DNA from: an uncultured Bacteroidales bacterium
GTDB taxonomy: Bacteria > Planctomycetota > Planctomycetia > Gemmatales > HRBIN36
Direction of reading: 5' to 3'
Length of the DNA: 34,568 bases
Assembly (NCBI GenBank): GCA_964410845.1
Contig: CAYPJB010000003.1
Location: 1-34,568, forward strand
Shown: one piece after another, positions 8,471 through 16,177 of the stretch
How the letters are laid out: each line of letters opens with the position of its first letter
Numbering within the stretch: the first letter of the stretch is position 1
Notes under the pieces: generated by a model
Told to the model about the DNA's origin: nothing
The model's input: the letters and a program-made list of their open reading frames with translations, nothing else
The model's database searches: none
Position numbers and translations under genes: made by a program

Positions 8471-9223
8471 CTACCGAACCACCTGGGCAGCCATCGGTCG
8501 GCCAGTGGGGACAACCGCAGCAACTGCACCTTGCATCGGCGGTGTGGTCTTGGCGGCCTGGGTCAGAAGTAGCAACTTCTGGCCAGCGTTCTTCATCTTG
8601 ATGTCGTACTTGTGAATCCATGCTTTGCAGAGCGTGTGGGTAAACACTAGTGGAATAGCAGTGAGCAGACCAAGCATCGTAGCGAAGAGTGCCAGACCGA
8701 TTTCAGCGGATGCCTGAGCCTGTCCGCCGGTACCCTTCTCGCTGGCTTCACCCAGTGCCGAGAAGGTGCCGATCATCGAGATGATCGTAAAGAGCAGCCC
8801 GACCATCGTCGCAATCTTGGCGAAGGCCAGAATCGTTGGCAGCAGGAAGTTGAGTGCGGGAAGAATTTCGAGTTCGACAGCGTTGGCCATCGACTTGCGC
8901 ATTGCAGCCAGGCCTTCACGCTGCTTTTCGAGGGCAGCTACAAAGAGCGTGCTGGGAATGTATTCGTTCTTGGGCTGGGCCTTGCAGAACTTGAGGGCAC
9001 CATCGATACCTTCCTTGTTCAGGATCTCCTGGAACTTGGGAAGGAACAGATTCAGATCAGTCTTGGCGTTGTAGTTGAGCCAAAGCCGCCAGACGACGAG
9101 CACGGCACCAATGAAAGTCATCGTAAACAGAATGACTGCAAAGAGCGTATCGTGCGTCACAAACTTGATGAAGGCGCTTTCTGCGAAGAGCATCGTACTG
9201 AGCATCGTTGACGTTCCAGGCAC
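8471..9223 (-). CDS. exbB: MotA/TolQ/ExbB proton-channel family protein
   Basis: Three-TM architecture with conserved C-terminal TM blocks (KIATMVGLLFTIISMIGTF; ALFATMLGLLTAIPLVF). GTG start at 9223; an ATG six codons downstream is an alternative. Confidence 0.9.
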   Translation of the reverse strand: MPGTSTMLSTMLFAESAFIKFVTHDTLFAVILFTMTFIGAVLVVWRLWLNYNAKTDLNLFLPKFQEILNKEGIDGALKFCKAQPKNEYIPSTLFVAALEKQREGLAAMRKSMANAVELEILPALNFLLPTILAFAKIATMVGLLFTIISMIGTFSALGEASEKGTGGQAQASAEIGLALFATMLGLLTAIPLVFTHTLCKAWIHKYDIKMKNAGQKLLLLTQAAKTTPPMQGAVAAVVPTGRPMAAQVVR

Positions 9224-9315
9224 GGTGGGACGGAAAACACAGGTGTGAACTATCCTATCTTACTGGTGGCATACTGCAACGCTTTCGTCGATTTTTCTAG
9301 CAATACAATATTCGA

Positions 9316-10452
9316 ATGAGAGCAGCCTATAGTATGCATGAATCGCTGTCGCGGGGCCGTCGCTACCCCGAAGCAGAGCATCCCTACCGGGGAATTTACC
9401 AGCGTGATCGTGATCGTATTCTCCATGCTTCCGCATTTCGCCGGCTGACCGCTAAAACCCAGGTGCTGGTCTGGGGCACCAACGATCATCACCGAACCCG
9501 GCTAACCCATACACTCGAAGTGGCCCAGGTCAGCCGAACCGTGGCCCGCCAACTGGGGCTGCACGAAGACCTCACCGAAGCCATTGCCCTGGCTCATGAT
9601 CTGGGCCATCCACCGTTCGGCCATGCCGGGGAAGCGGCACTCGATGAGTGCCTGAAAGATCATGGCGGATATGAACACAACTGGCAAGGCCTTCGCATCG
9701 TTGAAGAACTGGAACAACGCTACCCAGGCTTTCCAGGGCTGAATCTGACCTGGGAAGTGCGGGAATCGCTGGCCTTTCATAGCAAACGGCCCAACGTGCC
9801 GGAAGTACTACAGTATCGACAAGGCATTCAGCAGCCGACGCTAGAAGCACAGGTGGTCGATGCGGCGGACAGCATCGTCTACGACGTTCACGACCTCGAA
9901 GATGCCTTCGGTGTGAAGCTCATCACCCTGGAGCAAGTGCGACAACTCCAGTTCTGGCGGGAAGCAGAGAAGGCACTGCTTCAGCAGCATGGTTCTATTC
10001 CTGCTGCACGGCTGATCCCCACGGTGCTTCGCTACCTGCTGGCCTGGCGGGAACGGGAGATGCTTCAAACCACCAAGGCACGAATTACTGCTGCCCAGAT
10101 TAACAGCGTTGATGCTGTGAAAGCTTTCAAGGAACCATTAGTAGAGGAGGGGGCAGCACTTCTACCAGTAATTCAGGAACTACGTCGTTTTCTATCAGAA
10201 AAGGTCTATCACCACCCCGACGTGATCAAAATGGCAAGCCGGGGCAAACGTATCGTTCGATCGCTTTACGAGGCTTATACTACTGATCCGAAGCTCATGC
10301 CGGAGTTTCACGCCGAACGGGCCACCCAGATCACGACCGCTCGTGCCGTGGGTGACTATGTAGCGGGCATGACTGACCGATTAGCTGCAATTGAGTATCG
10401 TCAGCTATTCCAACTTCATGAAAAATCGGATATGATAGAAACATCATTGTGA
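9316..10452 (+). CDS. dgt: dGTPase-like HD-domain triphosphohydrolase
   Basis: FQRDRDRILHSxAFRRL-type N-terminus (YQRDRDRILHASAFRRLTAKTQV), RLTHTLEVAQV and HDLGHPPFGH HD motifs, and a C-terminal DYVAGMTD block. Confidence 0.85.
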   Translation: MRAAYSMHESLSRGRRYPEAEHPYRGIYQRDRDRILHASAFRRLTAKTQVLVWGTNDHHRTRLTHTLEVAQVSRTVARQLGLHEDLTEAIALAHDLGHPPFGHAGEAALDECLKDHGGYEHNWQGLRIVEELEQRYPGFPGLNLTWEVRESLAFHSKRPNVPEVLQYRQGIQQPTLEAQVVDAADSIVYDVHDLEDAFGVKLITLEQVRQLQFWREAEKALLQQHGSIPAARLIPTVLRYLLAWREREMLQTTKARITAAQINSVDAVKAFKEPLVEEGAALLPVIQELRRFLSEKVYHHPDVIKMASRGKRIVRSLYEAYTTDPKLMPEFHAERATQITTARAVGDYVAGMTDRLAAIEYRQLFQLHEKSDMIETSL

Positions 10453-10573
10453 GCGTGGTTTTCTCTCGTCAGACTCGCAACCAAGCTCACGACAGAGTCA
10501 TCCTAATTATCCCAGGCAACTTCCTGCTGGTGGATAGCGTACTCTGTGTATTTTATCCAGTTGGAAGTGAAAC

Positions 10574-11698
10574 ATGAAGAAGTCAGGCTCGATCCTGCTC
10601 TGGGTCATCCGCGGTATCTTTCTACTCTGTATCCTCGGGGTAGCCACCGGTTTCGCCATTCAGGGCACGCAGGTGGTTGATCCGAAGATCACCGGCAACA
10701 CTTTCCTTGCGATTCCTTACACCTACCTGATCATGATCGTGCTGCTGGGCGTGGGTGTAATCGCATTGGATATTGTGATCAAGAACAAACAAATCACCAC
10801 TATTTCGGCAGTGTACTTCGGGCTGCTCCTGGGTTTGCTCTTCGGGCATTTATTCTCCTCCGCCATCTTTCCACTGGTGGAAAACGAAGCATCGAAGTGG
10901 CTGCTCACTCCCCTGCGTATTCTGATCACGCTGTTTTTCTGTTACATCTGCGTCAGCACGCTTTACCAGACCAAAGATGATTTCCGGTTCATCATCCCCT
11001 ACGTGGAATTTTCCAAACAGATCAAGGGAAGTAAAGCGCTCGTTCTCGATACGAGCGTGATTATCGATGGCCGCATTGCCGATATCTGCGATACGAAGAT
11101 CATCGATACGCGCCTGATTGTCCCGCGTTTCGTGCTGCAGGAATTGCAGAATGTTGCTGATTCCAGTGACAAACTGCGACGCAACCGTGGCAGACGCGGC
11201 ATGGATATGCTGAAGCGCATGCAGTCCAACCCCAAGGTGGACCTGCAGATTCACGAAGGCAATATCCCGGAACTGCAGGAGGCCAACGAAGTCGATCAAC
11301 GGTTGGTGATCCTCGCCAAATCGCTGAGTGCCCGGGTCGTCACGAACGACTACAACCTGAACAAGGTGGCCCAGCTGCAAGGCGTGGAAGTGATCAACAT
11401 CAATGAACTGGCGAATGCGATGAAGTCTGTCGCGCTCCCCGGGGAAGTGCTGAAGGTCAAGCTCATCAAGGCCGGCGATCAGATTGGTCAGGGCGTAGGC
11501 TACCTCGACGATGGCACCATGGTCGTCGTCGAACAGGGGCGAAACCTCATCGGCCAGGATATCAACATGACTGTCACCAGCGTGTTGCAAACCTCGGCCG
11601 GGCGGATGATCTTTGGCAGGGCTGACGGTAAATCGGGATTGTCCTCTACGTCTCACCAGGTGCTCGCGAACACCGGGGAGCAAGCCAGGCTGGCGTGA
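10574..11698 (+). CDS. membrane-anchored PIN/TRAM domain protein (YacL-like)
   Basis: About four N-terminal TM helices, then a PIN domain start (LVLDTSVIIDGRI ... TNDYNLNKVA), then a C-terminal TRAM-like beta domain (GEVLKVKLIKAGDQIGQGVGYLDDGTMVVV). Confidence 0.85.
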   Translation: MKKSGSILLWVIRGIFLLCILGVATGFAIQGTQVVDPKITGNTFLAIPYTYLIMIVLLGVGVIALDIVIKNKQITTISAVYFGLLLGLLFGHLFSSAIFPLVENEASKWLLTPLRILITLFFCYICVSTLYQTKDDFRFIIPYVEFSKQIKGSKALVLDTSVIIDGRIADICDTKIIDTRLIVPRFVLQELQNVADSSDKLRRNRGRRGMDMLKRMQSNPKVDLQIHEGNIPELQEANEVDQRLVILAKSLSARVVTNDYNLNKVAQLQGVEVININELANAMKSVALPGEVLKVKLIKAGDQIGQGVGYLDDGTMVVVEQGRNLIGQDINMTVTSVLQTSAGRMIFGRADGKSGLSSTSHQVLANTGEQARLA

Positions 11699-11702
11699 GG
11701 AT

Positions 11703-11721
11703 AATCCCCTGCGAGGGGATT
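11703..11721 (+). promoter_or_regulatory. perfect 8-bp stem-loop between PIN/TRAM stop and the next start codon
   Basis: AATCCCCT-GCG-AGGGGATT, read directly. It sits 5 nt after the TGA and 6 nt before the ATG at 11728. There is no U-tract, so the function is unclear (attenuator or translation control). Confidence 0.35.
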
Positions 11722-11727
11722 CACACC

Positions 11728-12474
11728 ATGCTGCGATGGCTTATCACCGGGACTTTTCTACTGAGCTTGTTGCCCATTCTGTCTGCACAGGAATCGAAAC
11801 CCGCTTCTTCTGCTAATAACAGTAACACTGGCGGCGCTGCACCCAACAAGGACGACATCACTGCTGTCAAACGAGTACTGACAGCTCGCAGTGAATACCA
11901 GTCATCACTGGAAGAACTGCGCGCCCAGTATCTGCGCACTGGTGATTTTGAGCGTGTCCGCTGGGTGGAAGAAGAACTGCTGGCCTATCACCGTATTTCC
12001 AAGCGGGCCTATCGGCTTGACCTCGATGTGCCACCACCCACGCTGCTGCCGAATCAGAACATTCCCGAAGCAAACGAGCTGTTCCGCCGGGCGCTGGCCT
12101 TCAAAAGCAAAGGCTGGGGATCTGAACTCGACGACAACTATCGCCGGGCAGAACTGCTGTTTCAGCAACTGATCAACCTGTATCCACAAAGCGACAAGCT
12201 TTCTGAAACGGCGTTCCACCTGGGTGACATCTACGAAAGCCGTGCTTTCAAACAATTACGCCGGGCTGCCACCTACTACGAACGCAGCTTCCAGTGGAAC
12301 CCCCAGACGACCAACGAAGCCCGCATCCGAGCAGCACGCCTGTATGACAAATCGCTCGCTGACAGCTCCAAGGCTGTTCAACTCTACCGGGATGAGATCA
12401 ACCACACCGCTGATCCTCGTCGGTTGGAAGAAGCCCGCAAGCGACTGTACGAACTGGGTTCGACGCCTCCGTAG
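11728..12474 (+). CDS. secreted TPR-like repeat protein
   Basis: Signal peptide MLRWLITGTFLLSLLPILSAQ from ATG 11728. The track ORF starts at GTG 11695, which would run through the hairpin. The helical repeat region (AELLFQQLINLYPQSDKLSETAFHLGDIY...ATYYERSFQWNP) is TPR/YbgF-like. Confidence 0.7.
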   Translation: MLRWLITGTFLLSLLPILSAQESKPASSANNSNTGGAAPNKDDITAVKRVLTARSEYQSSLEELRAQYLRTGDFERVRWVEEELLAYHRISKRAYRLDLDVPPPTLLPNQNIPEANELFRRALAFKSKGWGSELDDNYRRAELLFQQLINLYPQSDKLSETAFHLGDIYESRAFKQLRRAATYYERSFQWNPQTTNEARIRAARLYDKSLADSSKAVQLYRDEINHTADPRRLEEARKRLYELGSTPP

Positions 12475-12480
12475 GCTTGT

Positions 12481-12670
12481 GACGAGAGTCCTCTACAACT
12501 TACAGCCCGGAACGCGAGTGACGGGGAGAGCTCGCTGATGCTGGTGTTATCTGCATCGCCCCAAGACAATCACGCCATCACACATCATCTCATAAGTGCA
12601 TGTGTTCTCACCAACGCATGATCTCCCCGTCACTTGCGTTCCGGGCTGCATGTTGCACGGAACTCTCACC
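12481..12670. repeat. 190-bp palindromic MITE-like element with ~49-bp imperfect terminal inverted repeats, flanked by 35-bp diverged direct repeats (12445-12479 and 12682-12716)
   Basis: The arm 12481-12529 is the imperfect reverse complement of 12622-12670. The core CAGCCCGGAACGCGAGTGACGGGGAGA matches TCTCCCCGTCACTTGCGTTCCGGGCTG with 1 mismatch. The flanking direct repeats CTGTACGAACTGGGTTCGACGCCTCCGTAGGCTTG and CTGTACAAGTTGGGTTCGACACCTCCGCAATCTTG share 28/35 positions. Confidence 0.6.
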
Positions 12671-12729
12671 GTTGCACCCACCTGTACAAGTTGGGTTCGA
12701 CACCTCCGCAATCTTGCTATCATAACAGC

Positions 12730-13509
12730 ATGATCGCTATCACGCTTGAATCGATTGGTCAACCACTTCGCACTGCGGTTGTCGTTGCAGCCAAGGCTGG
12801 TTGCAGTGGCATGGTCTTTGATGCCACCGGACCACTGGGACCGGATGCCCTCGGCGACACGGCACGTCGTGAAGTGCGGCATTTGTTGCAATCGCATCTG
12901 CTCAGCCCCATCGCTCTCCGCTGCCCGCTGCGTCGTGGGCTTGATGAACTCGATGGATTGGAAGCCCGCCTGGAACGACTGCGCAAAGCGATGCAGCTTT
13001 CCTTTGATTTAGGTGCCAGACTCATCCTGATGGGGATCGGTGCCATTCCTGCGGAACCGACCGATCCCGCTTACTTGCGGATGCACACCGTACTCAATGA
13101 ACTGTCACAATATGGTGATCGCATAGGTTGCCGGATTGCTCTGGATGTCGGTCTCGAACCGATTGAACAGTTACTCAACTTCATCAGCAAGCTTGATACC
13201 GGTTCGCTGGGCCTATCGCTCGATCCCGCGACATTGTTGATGGAAAAGCAACCCATCGATGCCACCGTGCTGGCTGCCAAGCCGCTGATTGCTCACACCT
13301 ATGCCCGTGATGCTATCCCACGCCGTATCGATCGTCCCGCAAAGGAAGTGGCAGTAGGTCATGGCGACATCGATTGGCTCAGTTGGCTAGGTACGCTGCA
13401 AGCCTGCAACTATTCAGGAGCGTATACGATCAAGCAAACGCCGGGAGCCAATCCACAAGCGGATATTACCGCAGCGGTGCAGTTTTTGAAAAAGCTTGGT
13501 GTGAGGTAG
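12730..13509 (+). CDS. sugar phosphate isomerase/epimerase (xylose isomerase-like TIM barrel) family protein
   Basis: Pattern typical of AP-endonuclease-2/xylose-isomerase-like TIM barrels (LES ... GCSGMVFDA ... ALD ... HTYARD ... VGHGDIDW). I use the ATG at 12730. The upstream part of the track ORF (from TTG 12634) is translated repeat DNA. Confidence 0.75.
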   Translation: MIAITLESIGQPLRTAVVVAAKAGCSGMVFDATGPLGPDALGDTARREVRHLLQSHLLSPIALRCPLRRGLDELDGLEARLERLRKAMQLSFDLGARLILMGIGAIPAEPTDPAYLRMHTVLNELSQYGDRIGCRIALDVGLEPIEQLLNFISKLDTGSLGLSLDPATLLMEKQPIDATVLAAKPLIAHTYARDAIPRRIDRPAKEVAVGHGDIDWLSWLGTLQACNYSGAYTIKQTPGANPQADITAAVQFLKKLGVR

Positions 13510-13512
13510 TTC

Positions 13513-14577
13513 TTACGTCGCCTTCTTAAATGGGGGCGCTGGCTTCGCCCAACCGTTCGTTCCAATACTTCGCACTTCCTTCCCCAGTTCCATGAAGCTG
13601 TGCCAGTTGAGCGGGAACTCGAGGAACACATGCAGGAAACTCAGCGTGTAGAGGGCAATAAAGCCAATCTGGTAATCCCACCAGTAGAGCAACACTGCGA
13701 CCAGCCATAGTACGATGATGGCCGTCATCCGCAACCAGTTCACCTGGTGCCATCTGATGATCGAAGTCTTCGAGAACCAGTTCAGATAGTGGTAGGTGTA
13801 AGCGAAGGCGATAAACCGCATCACTGCCACACCCAGAGGTGTCTGGTAGGCAAGTTCATTGACACTGGCCCGGTTCCAACGTTCACCAAACAGACTCGCC
13901 AGCCAGCCATTGAGTTCGACGAAGAAACGGTAGTGTTCCTTCACCTCGGCCGGGACCACTGTGTAGACATCAGGCCGATGGAAGAGCAGAAACCCACCGA
14001 TAGCAAAGAGGAGGATGAATCCCAGCAAGCCGGGCACACTTCGGCTCCTCAGTGCGCCCAGCAGCATGAACGCCGCGGTAAAGAAAAAGACATGCACCAG
14101 CGTCGGCAGGAAGACACTGAAAAAGAGCAGCCAGATGGGAAGCTTGATCATTGCCATCAGGAAGATGCCCGCGAGCAGCATCATGCCAATCTTGCTGCTC
14201 AGTGTTCGAAAGGCAGTCATGGCCAGTGCCGCCATGAAGGCCAGGTAGATGATGGTAGCCCCGGCCTGCTGCATGCTGGCCTTGTACTTCTCGAGGACCA
14301 GTGGCGGGGAATGAGGCTCCGGAGGGAAGAACTTTGGCACCCCGAACGTAATGCCAAAGAGTAGTACACCCAGCAACAGCAGTATTACCGCATCGCGGGT
14401 GCCCGTGGTGAAGTACTTCCGTTCGTGCAGCCAGCTGATTTCCGTGAGGTAATGCAGCGGGCCCAGCACGGCATATGAAAAGAGGAATACCTCGAACGGC
14501 AGAACATAAGCTGCAGCCGCTGCAATCAACATCAGGACGATGTTGATCCAATCGATATGGGTCGTCGTGAGCTTCAT
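13513..14577 (-). CDS. polytopic integral membrane protein, family not recognised
   Basis: 354-aa ORF with about 8-10 hydrophobic segments. Its ATG overlaps the TAA of the upstream beta-propeller gene (TAATG), which suggests translational coupling. Confidence 0.7.
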   Translation of the reverse strand: MKLTTTHIDWINIVLMLIAAAAAYVLPFEVFLFSYAVLGPLHYLTEISWLHERKYFTTGTRDAVILLLLGVLLFGITFGVPKFFPPEPHSPPLVLEKYKASMQQAGATIIYLAFMAALAMTAFRTLSSKIGMMLLAGIFLMAMIKLPIWLLFFSVFLPTLVHVFFFTAAFMLLGALRSRSVPGLLGFILLFAIGGFLLFHRPDVYTVVPAEVKEHYRFFVELNGWLASLFGERWNRASVNELAYQTPLGVAVMRFIAFAYTYHYLNWFSKTSIIRWHQVNWLRMTAIIVLWLVAVLLYWWDYQIGFIALYTLSFLHVFLEFPLNWHSFMELGKEVRSIGTNGWAKPAPPFKKAT

Positions 14578-16169
14578 TACTTGTCGGTAGCCAGTTCCAG
14601 TAACACTGCTTCAAAGTGGTTGCGCAGAAGCAATAGATTACCAGCCAGTGCCGGGGCGTTCCATGTCTTTCCACCGGGTAGCATCGGCACCTTGGCCAAT
14701 TCCTTATGAGCTGTGGGGTCAGCAGCGACGAGGACCAGGTCTCCTGATTCAGCTTGGATCACCAGCACGTTGTTGCGCAGCAGCAGTTGACCATGCCCGT
14801 ATCGCCCCCCCTTCCACTTGCGGTCACCGGTCTTGGCATCGAGACAGGCAAGAATGCCATCGTCCAATCCGTAGAGATAGCCTTCGTAGTAGATGGCTGA
14901 ACCCATCTTGCACTTGAGCTTCTTGTTCTGCCATACGGGTGCGACCGACCATTTGTCGCCTTCCTTCTTCACTTGCATCAGCACCGCTCCAGCATCGTAG
15001 CCAGCCGAGATGAAGACCTGATCGCCAGGCAGCGCCAGCGGTTGCCCCACGTTGATGCCGTTGAAGGTGGGAAAAAGATGTCGCCAGAGTTCAGTACCGG
15101 TCTGAAGATCATATCCGCCCACGCCGGTGGCATCGAAGACAAGTGCCTGTTCGACACCGGCCAGCTTAGCCATCACCGGCGTCGAGTAGGCTGCCTTGGA
15201 ACTGCCTGCATGCCAGACTGCTTTCCCGGTGACACGATCATAGCCAATTACCGCATGCCCCTGGGTGCCACCAGGGTTCACGATGACCTTGTCAGCGGTG
15301 ACGAGGGGTGCTCCGCACATGCCCCAGGTGATGTTGCCTGCAGACGCATCCTTGAGGATGTTGGTCTGCCACTTCTCTTTGCCGGTTTCGAGATCAAGGG
15401 CAACGAGTAAACCGCTGGCACCGAGGGCAAAGACTTCGTTGTCTGCAATGGTTGGTGTTGCCCGTGGGCCGTTGCCGCCGAGACTCTCCTTGAAGTGTCC
15501 CGGGTAGCCTCGCGTCCAGCGCTCGGCGCCGGTCTTGAGATCGAGGGCGACTATCATCTCTTCTTCGCCGCGTTGTTCGATGGTCACAGCCAGGCCACCA
15601 GCCATGACGAAACTGGCATAGCCACCACCCACTGGCCGGCGCCAGAGTTCCTTCGGCATACTCTTGCTTAGATCAGTGATCAGTTTGAAACCGGGGACGA
15701 TGCCATCCCGATGGGGGCCGAGGAAATCAGTGAAACGCGGGGCGGCTGCATCGAGTGTGCTGGCAGACGCAACAGCTTTGTTGAACTTCTGGAACTCTGC
15801 CAGCCGTTGATCCTGAGTAGGCTCCCAGCGGAAGTGGAAGACGTAACCATTGTTGCCAGTATTTTCAATCGAACGAATGCTGGCAGCAAATCCTGCTACC
15901 AGTAAGAGGACAGCCCCAATGGCACTGTACTTTACGGGCTTGCTCAGTTGCCTGGTGAACAGGAGCCAAATGAACAGAAGCCCTGCAATTAGCAGCGCGA
16001 CATTTCGCCCCAGCACCATCTGTGCTGAACTGGCGAATTGAGGAAGCAGGACTTCAGCAGTGATGGTAGTCGTCCAATTGACGACTTCAATAATGATGCC
16101 CACGACCAGGATGGCTAGGGGTATCCAGAACCGACGAAGGAACGACCGGCGAGGAGTATCGCTCGACAT
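14577..16169 (-). CDS. PQQ-like (BamB-type) beta-propeller repeat protein with N-terminal TM helices
   Basis: Three N-terminal hydrophobic helices. Repeated motifs of the PQQ/BamB propeller follow (A.D..TG...W; e.g. ALDLKTGAERW, ALDLETGKEKW, GYDLQTGTELW, CLDAKTGDRKW). Confidence 0.85.
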   Translation of the reverse strand: MSSDTPRRSFLRRFWIPLAILVVGIIIEVVNWTTTITAEVLLPQFASSAQMVLGRNVALLIAGLLFIWLLFTRQLSKPVKYSAIGAVLLLVAGFAASIRSIENTGNNGYVFHFRWEPTQDQRLAEFQKFNKAVASASTLDAAAPRFTDFLGPHRDGIVPGFKLITDLSKSMPKELWRRPVGGGYASFVMAGGLAVTIEQRGEEEMIVALDLKTGAERWTRGYPGHFKESLGGNGPRATPTIADNEVFALGASGLLVALDLETGKEKWQTNILKDASAGNITWGMCGAPLVTADKVIVNPGGTQGHAVIGYDRVTGKAVWHAGSSKAAYSTPVMAKLAGVEQALVFDATGVGGYDLQTGTELWRHLFPTFNGINVGQPLALPGDQVFISAGYDAGAVLMQVKKEGDKWSVAPVWQNKKLKCKMGSAIYYEGYLYGLDDGILACLDAKTGDRKWKGGRYGHGQLLLRNNVLVIQAESGDLVLVAADPTAHKELAKVPMLPGGKTWNAPALAGNLLLLRNHFEAVLLELATDK

Positions 16170-16177
16170 GATTGCAC

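Noticed and set aside
9316-10452. The dGTPase-like gene as an anti-phage dNTP-depletion defence gene.
   Set aside because: It has native composition and sits among housekeeping genes. It has no neighbouring defence or mobile genes, so it looks like the ordinary Dgt-family paralog. Sequence alone cannot distinguish further.
12503-12512. The shared decamer GCCCGGAACG between the 12481-12670 palindromic element and the start of repeat copy A (17771-17780; copy B shares only the first nine nt, GCCCGGAAC), considered as evidence that the two repeat families are related.
   Set aside because: Similarity does not extend beyond about 10 nt on either side, which is compatible with chance.
12634-12729. 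An N-terminal extension of the sugar-phosphate isomerase ORF starting at TTG 12634.
   Set aside because: This stretch is the translated right arm of the palindromic element plus the decayed duplicate of the TPR gene end. The ATG at 12730 starts the conserved TIM-barrel sequence.
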